A stretch of DNA of 64,000 nt from an uncultured Bacillota bacterium. Its GTDB lineage: Bacteria; Bacillota_I; Bacilli_A; RFN20; CAG-288. Below are positions 32,207-42,059 of the stretch, in pieces. Position numbers and translations under genes: made by a program. Each line of letters begins with the position of its first letter. Within the stretch, counting starts at the first letter, position 1. The stretch lies in the NCBI GenBank assembly GCA_949284445.1, contig CASDVP010000009.1, forward strand, positions 14,609 to 78,608. The letters run 5' to 3'. The notes beneath the pieces are model-generated. The model was not told the DNA's origin. It was given only the letters and a program-made list of their open reading frames with translations, and searched no databases.

Positions 32207-34531
32207 TCACTTTCCTCCGGCATCTTTTAAAATCTGTCTCATGCTTCTTTTCTTCTCTTTGAGATAGAAATTCAAGCATAATAAGAAAGCGAAGAAGAGT
32301 ATCAACAAGCTGATGATGACAAATATATACCAATATGCTCTATAGCTGTTAACAACAGTCATAAAGATCGTAGGAACGATGATACTAGCTGCTAATAGAT
32401 AAGTGATGACAAGTGGTATTTCAATCAATAAGAGTCGTATGAAGAAGAGGATTTTAGTTGAAAAGCCCAAGGTTTGCATGACTCCAAAATCCGGATTGTA
32501 CTTTCTTAATACCATATTTAAAATCGGACTGGTTAAAGATAATATCACGACTAAAAAGATTATCAATCCAAGCATAAATCCAACAGTGCTAACCATCACG
32601 TAAAGGCTAGGACGATTATTGATAGCTGATATTTGATAATGACTTTCAGCATTATACATTCTATATTCGTTACTGTAGGCTTCATAAAAATCATCTGCTT
32701 CTTTATCAGAAGTAAAATAAGCAGTGCTCAAAAGGTTTAATTTATAAGAAATATAATTTAAAAGTGTTTCTGAATTGCTTGTCAGATTGATGATGCAACT
32801 ATCAGTTGACGTGTTATCAAGATAGATGTCATGAGTGTTGTACTGTGCTGTTTCATCATAGTCATATTCGACATCACCATAATACTCTCTTAAGTTTTCA
32901 TAGAAAGAAGTGATGGAAAAGGTTTTATTTAAAATAGTGATCTCTATATCATTTACAAGATTGCTATAAACTGAATTGATCAAAATATTAGGTGCTCGTT
33001 TATAAAAGGTATCAGTTGAGATTTTGTATGGTATTTCATTACCTTTGATTGAGATTGAAAACATATCGTTGCTCGATAGATTTAAAGGGAAAGTACTGTA
33101 ATTATCTTCTAGCAGATTATTCAACAAAAAAGCTTCTGCATTTTCATTGATGATCTCATAAGCTGATTGATTAAAAACGATGACTATATCATTAGATTCA
33201 GAATCCAATGTTCCAAATCCGCTTAAAGTGAAATCACGAAGTGGAGACACTTGATAATTAGCTAAATTGAGAATGCCAGTGACTTGGTCTTTTAAAGCGT
33301 GGGAAAAGAAGGCTTTATAATCGTCACATTCGATTTTAGACATGTTGCTTTCATCATAGAACACTTGATAACTGGGAGTATCTATACTGCGTTTTTCGAT
33401 AATTTTAGCGTTTTGTGGTTTTACTAAGCTTGGTTTTGCAGATAACCTACTAACGCTTCCATCATCATAAGAGAATGATAAATTAAAATCTAAATAGTTT
33501 AGTACACTTGTTTTATCAACAAGAGCATTTTCATACTTTATGTTTGAATTGTTGCTATCATCATTTAAGATTAACACAGACTGATCTACCATGTTGTTTG
33601 TGAAAGGCTGAAAGGCTTGAGCAATGTTAGCATCGATGTTAGATTGGATTCTATCTGCGCAGAAAACAAATCCAAAAGAAACTCCAATCGCTGCTAATGC
33701 TAATAGAATCTGTGCTAAACAGGTAAGAATGAATTTTTTAGGAGAAGAAATGATTATTTTAAGGCTTGAATAAAATGTAGAACCGATACTCGGATTTGAA
33801 ATTAAAGGTGACTCTTCAAATGAAGTATCATTTTCGGTGAGATATTTGTCTTTTAATATCTCATCTTTTTCAATTTGACCATCCTTCATCGTGATATGTC
33901 TAGTGGCTATATTTTTGATCAGATCATATTCATGAGTCACAAAGAGAATCAGATGATTTTCTTTAATCTTGTTTATCAATTGAATGATTTCTTCAGAAGT
34001 TTTAGAGTCGAGATTTCCAGTCGGTTCATCGAACGCGATGATCGGTGAATTGATCGCTAAAGCTCTAGCGATGACAACTCTTTGTCTTTCACCACCAGAA
34101 AGTTTGACCACTCTTTCATGCATGCGATTTTCTAAACCGCATTCGATCAATCGTTGCTTAGCGATTTCAACCGCTTCTTTGTGCTTATAGCCTCTATTTC
34201 TTAATGCGATGATCAAATTACTCAATGGAGTTAATGATTGAAATAAGTTGTATTCTTGGAAAACAAAAGATACGTATTCACGTCTGAATTCTCTGATTTC
34301 TTTATCGCTGAAATCAGCAGTGCTTTTATCATTGAATATGATGTCGCCTTCATCATAGTTATCCATCAAGGTTATGACGTTTAAAAGCGTTGTTTTACCT
34401 GATCCTGATTCTCCAGTGATAGCGACAAATTCCCCTTTTTCAAAGGTCAGATTGATGTCTTCGATCCCTTTTGAAGAAGTAGTGCCATCACTATAGTATT
34501 TCGATACATGATCAAGTTTTATCAATGACAT
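32207..34531 (-). CDS. Fused ABC ATPase/permease (MacB/FtsX-like)
   Basis: GESGSGKT, LSGGERQR, FDEPTGNLD, GVMQTLG. Same topology as its neighbour. Confidence 0.92.
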   Translation of the reverse strand: MSLIKLDHVSKYYSDGTTSSKGIEDINLTFEKGEFVAITGESGSGKTTLLNVITLMDNYDEGDIIFNDKSTADFSDKEIREFRREYVSFVFQEYNLFQSLTPLSNLIIALRNRGYKHKEAVEIAKQRLIECGLENRMHERVVKLSGGERQRVVIARALAINSPIIAFDEPTGNLDSKTSEEIIQLINKIKENHLILFVTHEYDLIKNIATRHITMKDGQIEKDEILKDKYLTENDTSFEESPLISNPSIGSTFYSSLKIIISSPKKFILTCLAQILLALAAIGVSFGFVFCADRIQSNIDANIAQAFQPFTNNMVDQSVLILNDDSNNSNIKYENALVDKTSVLNYLDFNLSFSYDDGSVSRLSAKPSLVKPQNAKIIEKRSIDTPSYQVFYDESNMSKIECDDYKAFFSHALKDQVTGILNLANYQVSPLRDFTLSGFGTLDSESNDIVIVFNQSAYEIINENAEAFLLNNLLEDNYSTFPLNLSSNDMFSISIKGNEIPYKISTDTFYKRAPNILINSVYSNLVNDIEITILNKTFSITSFYENLREYYGDVEYDYDETAQYNTHDIYLDNTSTDSCIINLTSNSETLLNYISYKLNLLSTAYFTSDKEADDFYEAYSNEYRMYNAESHYQISAINNRPSLYVMVSTVGFMLGLIIFLVVILSLTSPILNMVLRKYNPDFGVMQTLGFSTKILFFIRLLLIEIPLVITYLLAASIIVPTIFMTVVNSYRAYWYIFVIISLLILFFAFLLCLNFYLKEKKRSMRQILKDAGGK

Positions 34532-34871
34532 TTGTTTTCCTCTTTTTATAAATTATCTCATATCTGGAAGCGGTGTTTAAGCTTTTTAAGAAGAGCATGC
34601 CTAGATGAAGCCATGATAATATTGTAGAAATTGTTAGAAATATGAATGATTTAGAGACAGAAAGTAAAAAAGAAACCTTTTCAGCAGGAATGTTTTAATG
34701 GGTATGAAGGAGTTTTTAGAAAAATGGATTCGTTTAGAGAAAAATGTTAAGTCAAGAATATAGTTATTAGATTTTATGTGGTCAGATAAAAGATGCCTTT
34801 CTTCTTGTGCTTTAGCAGGAATAATCTAGAAAATTATCTGTGCTCTTTTGATATAATAATTTCGTTTAATT

Positions 34872-36176
34872 ATGAAAAAAGAAGAAAGAGAAAATTATAT
34901 ATTTCAAAAGAAGTGCTTATTAGTCTTACTTTTTTTGTTTTATTTAAATGATGTCAGTTATGATGCGATCACTTTAAGGTCTTTTGGATTTCACTTTGAC
35001 CCATCTTGTAACTTTAAAGCGATTGTCAGATCTAAGAAAGATCATATCCATAAATATGTGTGTCATATTTTTAATTCTACTAGCGGCGTCAATTATGAAA
35101 AGCTAGACGTAATGGGCAATGTTAATATTGTCAAAGTAAAAAAGATCGATGGTCAAGAGTTTATTTTTCCCGAAGCATCTTTGAATATTTTTATCGATGG
35201 TGCTGGATTTGTAGCTTTAGGATATATGGAAGGTAAGCAGATCGAATATCGATTAGTAAAGAATAAAAAAGAAGTCACTGATAATCTCTTATATACGCTT
35301 TCTAGTGATGCTTCATTAGATTCTAAAAACTCAACAGCTTCTTCATTTTTATTATGGATATTAAAATTTTATACGACAAAATTACATACTGACTTAGTGA
35401 TGGGCGCTGGTATCAACGAAGATTATGGCGCTAAAAACTGGCCGGGATTAATCGATGCTTTGAACAATGATTTTTATAAAGGCGATTATAAATTTGCTTC
35501 TGAGATTAAGCATTATGTCGGTAAAGAATTGTTCACAGATCCGATGGTGATGAAGACAAGCGGATTCGATCCCTATAAATCTTTAAGCAGAGAACTATAT
35601 CTATTCAAAGAAGCAAAGAGCTTCAATGATTCTGATTCGACATTATCCCATTGTGTGGACTTTATTAAAGCCCATCCACACACCTCAGTCATCACTTATA
35701 ACTATGATACCAATTTAGAATATCTGTTAAGAAAACGCGATATTCATTACAATACAACTTATGATGATAATTCTTTTGTCAATCAAGAAGCGATAGTTGA
35801 TATTTATCATGTGCATGGATTATTGCCGTATGATAAATATGATCAAAAGAAGTTCACAGATTCATTAATATTTAATGAGAGTGAATATTATTATCTATAT
35901 AACAATCCTTATTCTTGGAATATTGCTAAGCAATTGCATGATTTCAAATTTAACACTTGTCTTTTTATCGGCATCTCTCTCACTGATCCAGATATGAAGA
36001 GAATATTAGAATTAGCTAATAATTACTTGAAATTCAACTTTATTTTTTTAAAGAAAGAAAAGAATTATTCGCCGACAGTGTTTAAAGATTTGACTTCTTA
36101 TTATTTCACTTTTGATCTCATCGTCATTTGGATAGATGAATACGAAGACATCGCTAAATATTTAGAGGCTCTATAA
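34872..36176 (+). CDS. SIR2-like (SIR2_2) domain protein with uncharacterised N-terminal region
   Basis: LVMGAGI...NWPGL, VITYNYD, IYHVHG, CLFIGISLTDPDM. Confidence 0.85.
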   Translation: MKKEERENYIFQKKCLLVLLFLFYLNDVSYDAITLRSFGFHFDPSCNFKAIVRSKKDHIHKYVCHIFNSTSGVNYEKLDVMGNVNIVKVKKIDGQEFIFPEASLNIFIDGAGFVALGYMEGKQIEYRLVKNKKEVTDNLLYTLSSDASLDSKNSTASSFLLWILKFYTTKLHTDLVMGAGINEDYGAKNWPGLIDALNNDFYKGDYKFASEIKHYVGKELFTDPMVMKTSGFDPYKSLSRELYLFKEAKSFNDSDSTLSHCVDFIKAHPHTSVITYNYDTNLEYLLRKRDIHYNTTYDDNSFVNQEAIVDIYHVHGLLPYDKYDQKKFTDSLIFNESEYYYLYNNPYSWNIAKQLHDFKFNTCLFIGISLTDPDMKRILELANNYLKFNFIFLKKEKNYSPTVFKDLTSYYFTFDLIVIWIDEYEDIAKYLEAL

Positions 36177-37289
36177 ATGGAAAAGACAGATCAGATCAAT
36201 CCGAAATATTTAGATGTTTCACCGATTTCTAAAGGTAAGAGAATGCTAGTTTATCTCGCTGATCTTTTTTTGAATTTTATCATCGCAGTAGTCCTTTTTG
36301 CAGCACTTGTTTATCCGATAGCTAGAGTAATCGCTTCTTCTGATGAAACCGATAAAGCTAGAAGCTTGAATGAACAAGAAAGAATCGATGTTCTTTATAA
36401 TAACGATTTATTAGATTTTGATGAAAATGCCGAATATAAATACGATTTAAATGAGTCTTTAAGATACAGCGCTAATCTTTATCTTTTAGGATTTTTAAAT
36501 GACACATTTTCACCGGATTATTTCAAGACTTTTTATGTCGATTATTTAGGAAATGATTATCAATATTTAAAAGATGCTATTCGTGAAAGAGATGATTATG
36601 ACTTTTTTAATTATGAACAAGAAAAACTGATTTTAAATGATGAATATAAAAACAAATTCATGCCATTACTGGATGAAAATGATCAGCTTTCAAGCACTGC
36701 TCAGGCTGATTACGATCATTTTATAAATAGTTTTTTCGCTCATATTTATTCGGATTTGATGAACGAATTGTTGACTTCAAAAGTTATCACAGAAGTTTCT
36801 CCTTTATACCGATATCGCTTGCTGGATGCTGAAAATAAAAAGATGACAGAGGAAGAGAACATGGTGGCAGTCTATGCTACTTATGTCTCATACTTTTTAG
36901 CATCTATCATCTATTTTTTAGTGGTACCTTTGATATCTAGTAATGGTAAGACCATCGCCATGATGGCGATGAGAACCGAGAGAATCGGTGATAATAATTT
37001 CCAAGTGCTTTCTCGTAAAGAACGGATCATCAACTTTTTATATCAGCTGATATTCGCTTTGCCTTTGATCATGTTTATCCCTGTTATGTATATACCGATA
37101 ACGACTATTTTCAGTCTTCCATACCTTTTATATCTTTCTTTGATTTCACTCGGGTTTGTTTTAATATCTTTTGTGTTTGTTTTCATCAATAGACTTCATC
37201 GCAGTTTAGTAGATTATTTATCAAAGACTATTTTGATATCTAAAGATTTATTAGAACAGATTTATGTCACTAAAGGATATATAAAATAA
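36177..37289 (+). CDS. RDD-family membrane protein with large soluble insert
   Basis: KRMLVYLADLFL, GKTIAMMAMR, HRSLVDYLSKT. ~185-aa hydrophilic loop after TM1. Confidence 0.75.
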   Translation: MEKTDQINPKYLDVSPISKGKRMLVYLADLFLNFIIAVVLFAALVYPIARVIASSDETDKARSLNEQERIDVLYNNDLLDFDENAEYKYDLNESLRYSANLYLLGFLNDTFSPDYFKTFYVDYLGNDYQYLKDAIRERDDYDFFNYEQEKLILNDEYKNKFMPLLDENDQLSSTAQADYDHFINSFFAHIYSDLMNELLTSKVITEVSPLYRYRLLDAENKKMTEEENMVAVYATYVSYFLASIIYFLVVPLISSNGKTIAMMAMRTERIGDNNFQVLSRKERIINFLYQLIFALPLIMFIPVMYIPITTIFSLPYLLYLSLISLGFVLISFVFVFINRLHRSLVDYLSKTILISKDLLEQIYVTKGYIK

Positions 37290-38356
37290 TGTCAGAAATG
37301 AGCGTGTATGATGTGAGTCCTAACCGTGAGAAGAAGGTTGACTTGCATGTCCAGTATGTGAGAGCAAGAACTTATAAAAAAGTCTTTGCTAAAATCATAG
37401 ACCTTTTATTGCTTGCCGTTGTAGGCGTTCTTTTATTTGTGGCTACTAGAGCGACTGTTCAAGCTTTTCCTGCTTATCAAAATATCCAAGAGCGCATCAA
37501 CACTACTTTAGAAGATAGTGGAATTTATGTCAAAAATGGTGATGATTTAATCGATTCAGTTGATTATTACAACAGTAAAAAAGATGATTTATCTTCTAGC
37601 GCTTTGATGAACCAAGTAGAAGGTGTTATAAACAAATTCTATTCTTATGTCGATACTTTAGTGACTAAAGGTGATATAAGAAATGAAGATTATCAAAAGA
37701 TGTTATCTGATTATGATGAATTTAGAGAAAAGATCACATATAGTGAAATACATCTTTTTATCAGAGATACAAACGACACTTTGATCCGAAATCCAGATTT
37801 CAGCCGTGAAGAAGAGACATACATGATATATGTTGATAATGTTTATATTCCCTTTATCGATTCATATTTAAGAGGATATTTGCTCACATATTTTCCACAA
37901 TATTTGAAGGACACGGAATTTATGAGCAAGATGATCTTGTTAGTGGAATTACCTATCGCAGTTTTCTTATCAGCGATTTTAGTTTATTTAGTACCACCAT
38001 TGATCTTCAGACGAAACCGCCAGACCATCGGTCGTTTGATCTATAAGATCGGATTGATAAATAATGATTTATTTGCAGTTCCACTGAAGAAGTTTTTGAT
38101 ATATGCAGTTATTGTTATATTTTTAGAAATCGCATTGTCGTTTTTAACTCTAGCCATTCCTTTGATAATCTCTATCTCTCTGATGGCTTTTTCTAAAAAG
38201 AAACAAGACTTTGCTGAATATATGGTTCAGATCCAGCAAGTTGATATTTCAAAAGAGAAGATATATCGCAATAAAGAAGAGTTAGAAGTGGCACATTTGA
38301 AACTCAATCGTGCACCTGTGCAATTTAAAAACATCACATTTGATGAAAATCCATAG
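37289..38356 (+). CDS. RDD-family membrane protein with large soluble insert (paralog)
   Basis: KKVFAKIIDLLL, VPPLIFRRNRQTIGRLIYKIGL, KQDFAEY. TAATG overlap with the previous gene. Confidence 0.72.
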   Translation: MSEMSVYDVSPNREKKVDLHVQYVRARTYKKVFAKIIDLLLLAVVGVLLFVATRATVQAFPAYQNIQERINTTLEDSGIYVKNGDDLIDSVDYYNSKKDDLSSSALMNQVEGVINKFYSYVDTLVTKGDIRNEDYQKMLSDYDEFREKITYSEIHLFIRDTNDTLIRNPDFSREEETYMIYVDNVYIPFIDSYLRGYLLTYFPQYLKDTEFMSKMILLVELPIAVFLSAILVYLVPPLIFRRNRQTIGRLIYKIGLINNDLFAVPLKKFLIYAVIVIFLEIALSFLTLAIPLIISISLMAFSKKKQDFAEYMVQIQQVDISKEKIYRNKEELEVAHLKLNRAPVQFKNITFDENP

Positions 38357-38574
38357 TATATGACTAAACATTTGTGTATTTTGCAAAATAGTGTAAAAAA
38401 ATCTATGCGCTTTCATTGTCACAAAGCGTTTGATATGTCCGAAAATGTCGTTATTATGTAAAAAGTCCGTAAAATTAGGTTTTAAAGAATAACAAAAAAC
38501 GCTATAATATTAAGAGAAATCTTTTCTACAGCTCAGCAGATCTTATAGTTATCTATATTATGAGGGATTAGTCA

Positions 38575-40116
38575 ATGAAACGAAAAAAGAACGTGTTGTC
38601 CTCAATTCGTCTACTGTTGGTGTCTCTGTTGCTGATTTGCTTCTTACCATTTAACCTTTCTTTTTCCGACTCTGGTGTTCGTCTTGAAACCGGAAGCGTC
38701 ATAAGAAAAGCTAACGAATCTGATTCTAAGAACAATGGTCTGCAAGAAAATGCATTGCCGTTGACTGATTTAGATCCTGATTTTAAAGCCACAATCACCA
38801 ATCGTTCTTTTACTGATACTTGTCAGTCTTTTTCACTCACTTTTTCTACTGCTACTTCTGAATTTGATTATACATTTGGATACTATGGCGATGGTGCTTT
38901 AGATTTGCCATTGATCCTTCAATACGATGTTTTACTTGCCGATGGTTCTACTGAAACCCGTTCTTTAGAGATAGCTAATTCTAATAGAAATGGTAATTAT
39001 CAGCCGTTAGGTGTGAGTTTTTCTCCTAGATTACCTATGACAGTTGATATCTTACTGACTCCTGGTGAAACAGTTGTTCAAGATAGTTTATTATTCTTCA
39101 ATATATTTACGATTGCTAAATCTACGGTGTTTGATCCGAGTACTAATACTTATCCTTATGTTCCAGGCGAGCAACCATATTTTGTTGATGAATTTGTCTA
39201 TGATGATTTTGCAGAAACAAATGTCGATTTAACTCAATATATCGATGTTAAGTTAGATAATATTTCTACCTTTTTAAATTATGCCTCTATCACTGCGACA
39301 ATCTACAATAATAGCTCACCTTTATATGAAGAACAGATGATAGGTACACCAGGCTTTGTCACAAATCAAGATCGTTTAGAAAGCGGAGACTTCAGATACG
39401 ATTATCAATTTGCTAATCTCATGAATTCCTATTTTATCTTCTATTATGAAGACGGCGAACAATTGAATATCCCGCTTTTGAATAACTCTTTAAACACTTC
39501 TTTTAGAATAAATGAAGGAAACACCACGATACACTTACTAGTTCAAGATATTGATTTCAATGGCTTAACTGGTGTTTCACTTTGTGCAACTAATTTCAAT
39601 ATCGGTATTGTAAATAAAAAATCTTTAGCTGATATAAATAACGCTACTTTCTCTGTCCGTCTCGGTTCACTTTATTTCAATCTCCGTGAAGGACAGACTT
39701 CTATTTATTATATCAATATCGGCATGATCTTATTGATCACATTATTGTGCTTTAGCACTGTATATATATTAGGAATTGTTGGTGCATATTTCTTCTTCAA
39801 GAACAAATATAAAAATGATGAGTTCAAGAGAGTCAATACTAAACAATTCTTTAAGATCAATATCTTAGGTTATCTTGCAGTCACTGTTATCTTGATGGAT
39901 ATTATGATCATCTGTTTCAGAGCTTGCTTATTAGGAAGTGAGCTAGCTATGTATAATCCATTAGATAACTATATAGTTTGCTTATCGATAATCGGAATTC
40001 TCTTCATCGGATACTTTATCAAGTATTTTGTTACTAATATCAAAGCTTACTTAGAAAGAAGAGCAATAAATAAGTTACAGCTTGATAAAGATAAAGCAGA
40101 TGATGGCACAAATTAG
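38575..40116 (+). CDS. Membrane protein of unknown function: signal/TM, large beta-rich ectodomain, 3 C-terminal TMs
   Basis: Hydrophobicity pattern. First gene of the ABC operon, 13 bp before the ATPase. Confidence 0.75.
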   Translation: MKRKKNVLSSIRLLLVSLLLICFLPFNLSFSDSGVRLETGSVIRKANESDSKNNGLQENALPLTDLDPDFKATITNRSFTDTCQSFSLTFSTATSEFDYTFGYYGDGALDLPLILQYDVLLADGSTETRSLEIANSNRNGNYQPLGVSFSPRLPMTVDILLTPGETVVQDSLLFFNIFTIAKSTVFDPSTNTYPYVPGEQPYFVDEFVYDDFAETNVDLTQYIDVKLDNISTFLNYASITATIYNNSSPLYEEQMIGTPGFVTNQDRLESGDFRYDYQFANLMNSYFIFYYEDGEQLNIPLLNNSLNTSFRINEGNTTIHLLVQDIDFNGLTGVSLCATNFNIGIVNKKSLADINNATFSVRLGSLYFNLREGQTSIYYINIGMILLITLLCFSTVYILGIVGAYFFFKNKYKNDEFKRVNTKQFFKINILGYLAVTVILMDIMIICFRACLLGSELAMYNPLDNYIVCLSIIGILFIGYFIKYFVTNIKAYLERRAINKLQLDKDKADDGTN

Positions 40117-40129
40117 GAGATAGGATATT

Positions 40130-42049
40130 ATGGAAATTAAACTTAAGAATCTCACTAAAATCTTCCCAGGAAACCCAAAGAAAAATATCAGAGATACTAT
40201 CGCTGTAAACAATTTGGATTTTGAAGTTCCAGATGGAAAACTGGTTGGATTATTAGGCCCTTCAGGCTGTGGTAAGTCAACTACTCTTTATATGATTTCC
40301 GGTCTATTGAAACCGACTTCTGGTGAAGTTTGGTTTGGTGATCAAGAAGTCACTAATCTTCCGCCTGAAAAGAGAGGTATCGGTTTAGTCTTCCAAAACT
40401 ATGCGTTATATCCTCACATGACCATCTATAAAAACATCGAATTCCCGCTCACTAATTTGAAAGTTGAAGTTCCCTTAGTCGCTTTCTACAAATATGAAAT
40501 CCATTATACATATACGATGCAACCCGATGATGACGTCAAAGGCATTGTCTATGCTATCACTCAGCTCATCAGCCGTATCGGATTAAAAAAGAAAACCTGT
40601 CGTGTCACTTCTAGCGAAGTGGTGAATGGAATATTGAATCTTGTCGTTTTATTAGATGGAGTTTCTCCTGAAAACAAAGAGGTTTTCTTAGAAAACGCTA
40701 AGAAAATTGTTAATTTCGATTCTGTTGAAATTCAAGCAGATCAGGTTTCTGATGCCTTATTCGATGCGAAGGTCAGAGCGGATGTCAATAGAGAAGCTAA
40801 TCCTGATGAAACAGCGACTATAAACTTTATCGGACATTTACCTGAAACCTTCACAACCGATAAGATTGATGAATATATCAAAATTGAATCTGTCGTTATG
40901 TCTAAATTTGGACATATCGAATCCATAACCATTTTCAAATCTAAAACTTGTTATGAAATCGTCGCACGTATCAAGAATGTTAAAACCATATCTTTAGAGG
41001 AATTCAAATCCGAAGTTCAACAGGCTCTTGAATTCACTCAAGTCAGTTTTGGTATCAGCGATGTTTCTAGTAAAACTTTTGAAAAACAAATCAAATTAAA
41101 ATTAAAAGAAAGAAAATGTGTCTATTCTGATTTGAAACTTTATTACGAAGATGAGAAACTCCGTTTCTTCATCATCCTTAAAAAAGCCCCTCGCGATGTC
41201 ATTGATGAAGCTATCAGCTTTATGACTACTGAATTCGGCTTATCAAATGTTAACTCTGAAATCAAAACAGCTATCACTCATCGTAAGCTCACCAAAGAAG
41301 AGAGAAAAGAAATTGTCTATGAGACGGCTAAATTGGTCCAGGTCGAAGAATATTTAGAAAGAAAACCATCTCAATTATCAGGTGGTCAACAACAGCGTGT
41401 CGCTATTGCTAGAGCTCTTGTTAAAAAACCGAAAGTCTTATTATTAGATGAACCTTTATCCAACTTGGATGCCCGTTTGAGGTTGCAGACCAGAGAAGAG
41501 ATCAAAAGAATTCAAAGAGATACTGGTATCACTACCGTTTTCGTCACTCACGACCAAGAAGAAGCTATGTCTATCTCTGATAAAATAGTCGTTATGAAAT
41601 TGGGTGAAGAACAACAGATCGACACTCCTCAAAACGTTTACAATTCACCTGCTAACTTATTCGTCGCTCAATTCTTAGGAACACCGCCTATCAATGTTTA
41701 TAAAGGTCGTGTTGAAAATAAAGTTCTTTATTTAGGAACCGAACCTGTTTATAAACTTGAAAAAGATATCGCCGATCAACCTGTCTATATCGCTATTCGT
41801 CCTGAAGGTATGAACGTCAATCAAGAAAAGCAAGGCGAATACGGCTTCCACGCTGATGTAGAAATGATTCAAGTCTTAGGTAGAGACTTATTTATCGTTG
41901 CTAAGAATGAATTCTGTACTAAGCCGACATTCAAAGCTATCATTTCTGCTGAACAACAGGTCGCTCATGGCAGCATTTTCATCACTCTTAAGCCGAACAA
42001 ATTCTTCATCTTTGATGAAAAGAATGAGCAGAGAATCTATTTAGATTGA
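40130..42049 (+). CDS. CUT1 (MalK/UgpC-like) ABC ATPase with ~270-aa insertion
   Basis: GPSGCGKST, VFQNYALYPH, LSGGQQQRVA, LLDEPLSNLD, VTHDQEEA, TOBE-like C-terminus. Confidence 0.95.
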   Translation: MEIKLKNLTKIFPGNPKKNIRDTIAVNNLDFEVPDGKLVGLLGPSGCGKSTTLYMISGLLKPTSGEVWFGDQEVTNLPPEKRGIGLVFQNYALYPHMTIYKNIEFPLTNLKVEVPLVAFYKYEIHYTYTMQPDDDVKGIVYAITQLISRIGLKKKTCRVTSSEVVNGILNLVVLLDGVSPENKEVFLENAKKIVNFDSVEIQADQVSDALFDAKVRADVNREANPDETATINFIGHLPETFTTDKIDEYIKIESVVMSKFGHIESITIFKSKTCYEIVARIKNVKTISLEEFKSEVQQALEFTQVSFGISDVSSKTFEKQIKLKLKERKCVYSDLKLYYEDEKLRFFIILKKAPRDVIDEAISFMTTEFGLSNVNSEIKTAITHRKLTKEERKEIVYETAKLVQVEEYLERKPSQLSGGQQQRVAIARALVKKPKVLLLDEPLSNLDARLRLQTREEIKRIQRDTGITTVFVTHDQEEAMSISDKIVVMKLGEEQQIDTPQNVYNSPANLFVAQFLGTPPINVYKGRVENKVLYLGTEPVYKLEKDIADQPVYIAIRPEGMNVNQEKQGEYGFHADVEMIQVLGRDLFIVAKNEFCTKPTFKAIISAEQQVAHGSIFITLKPNKFFIFDEKNEQRIYLD

Positions 42050-42059
42050 GGGAGAAAAC

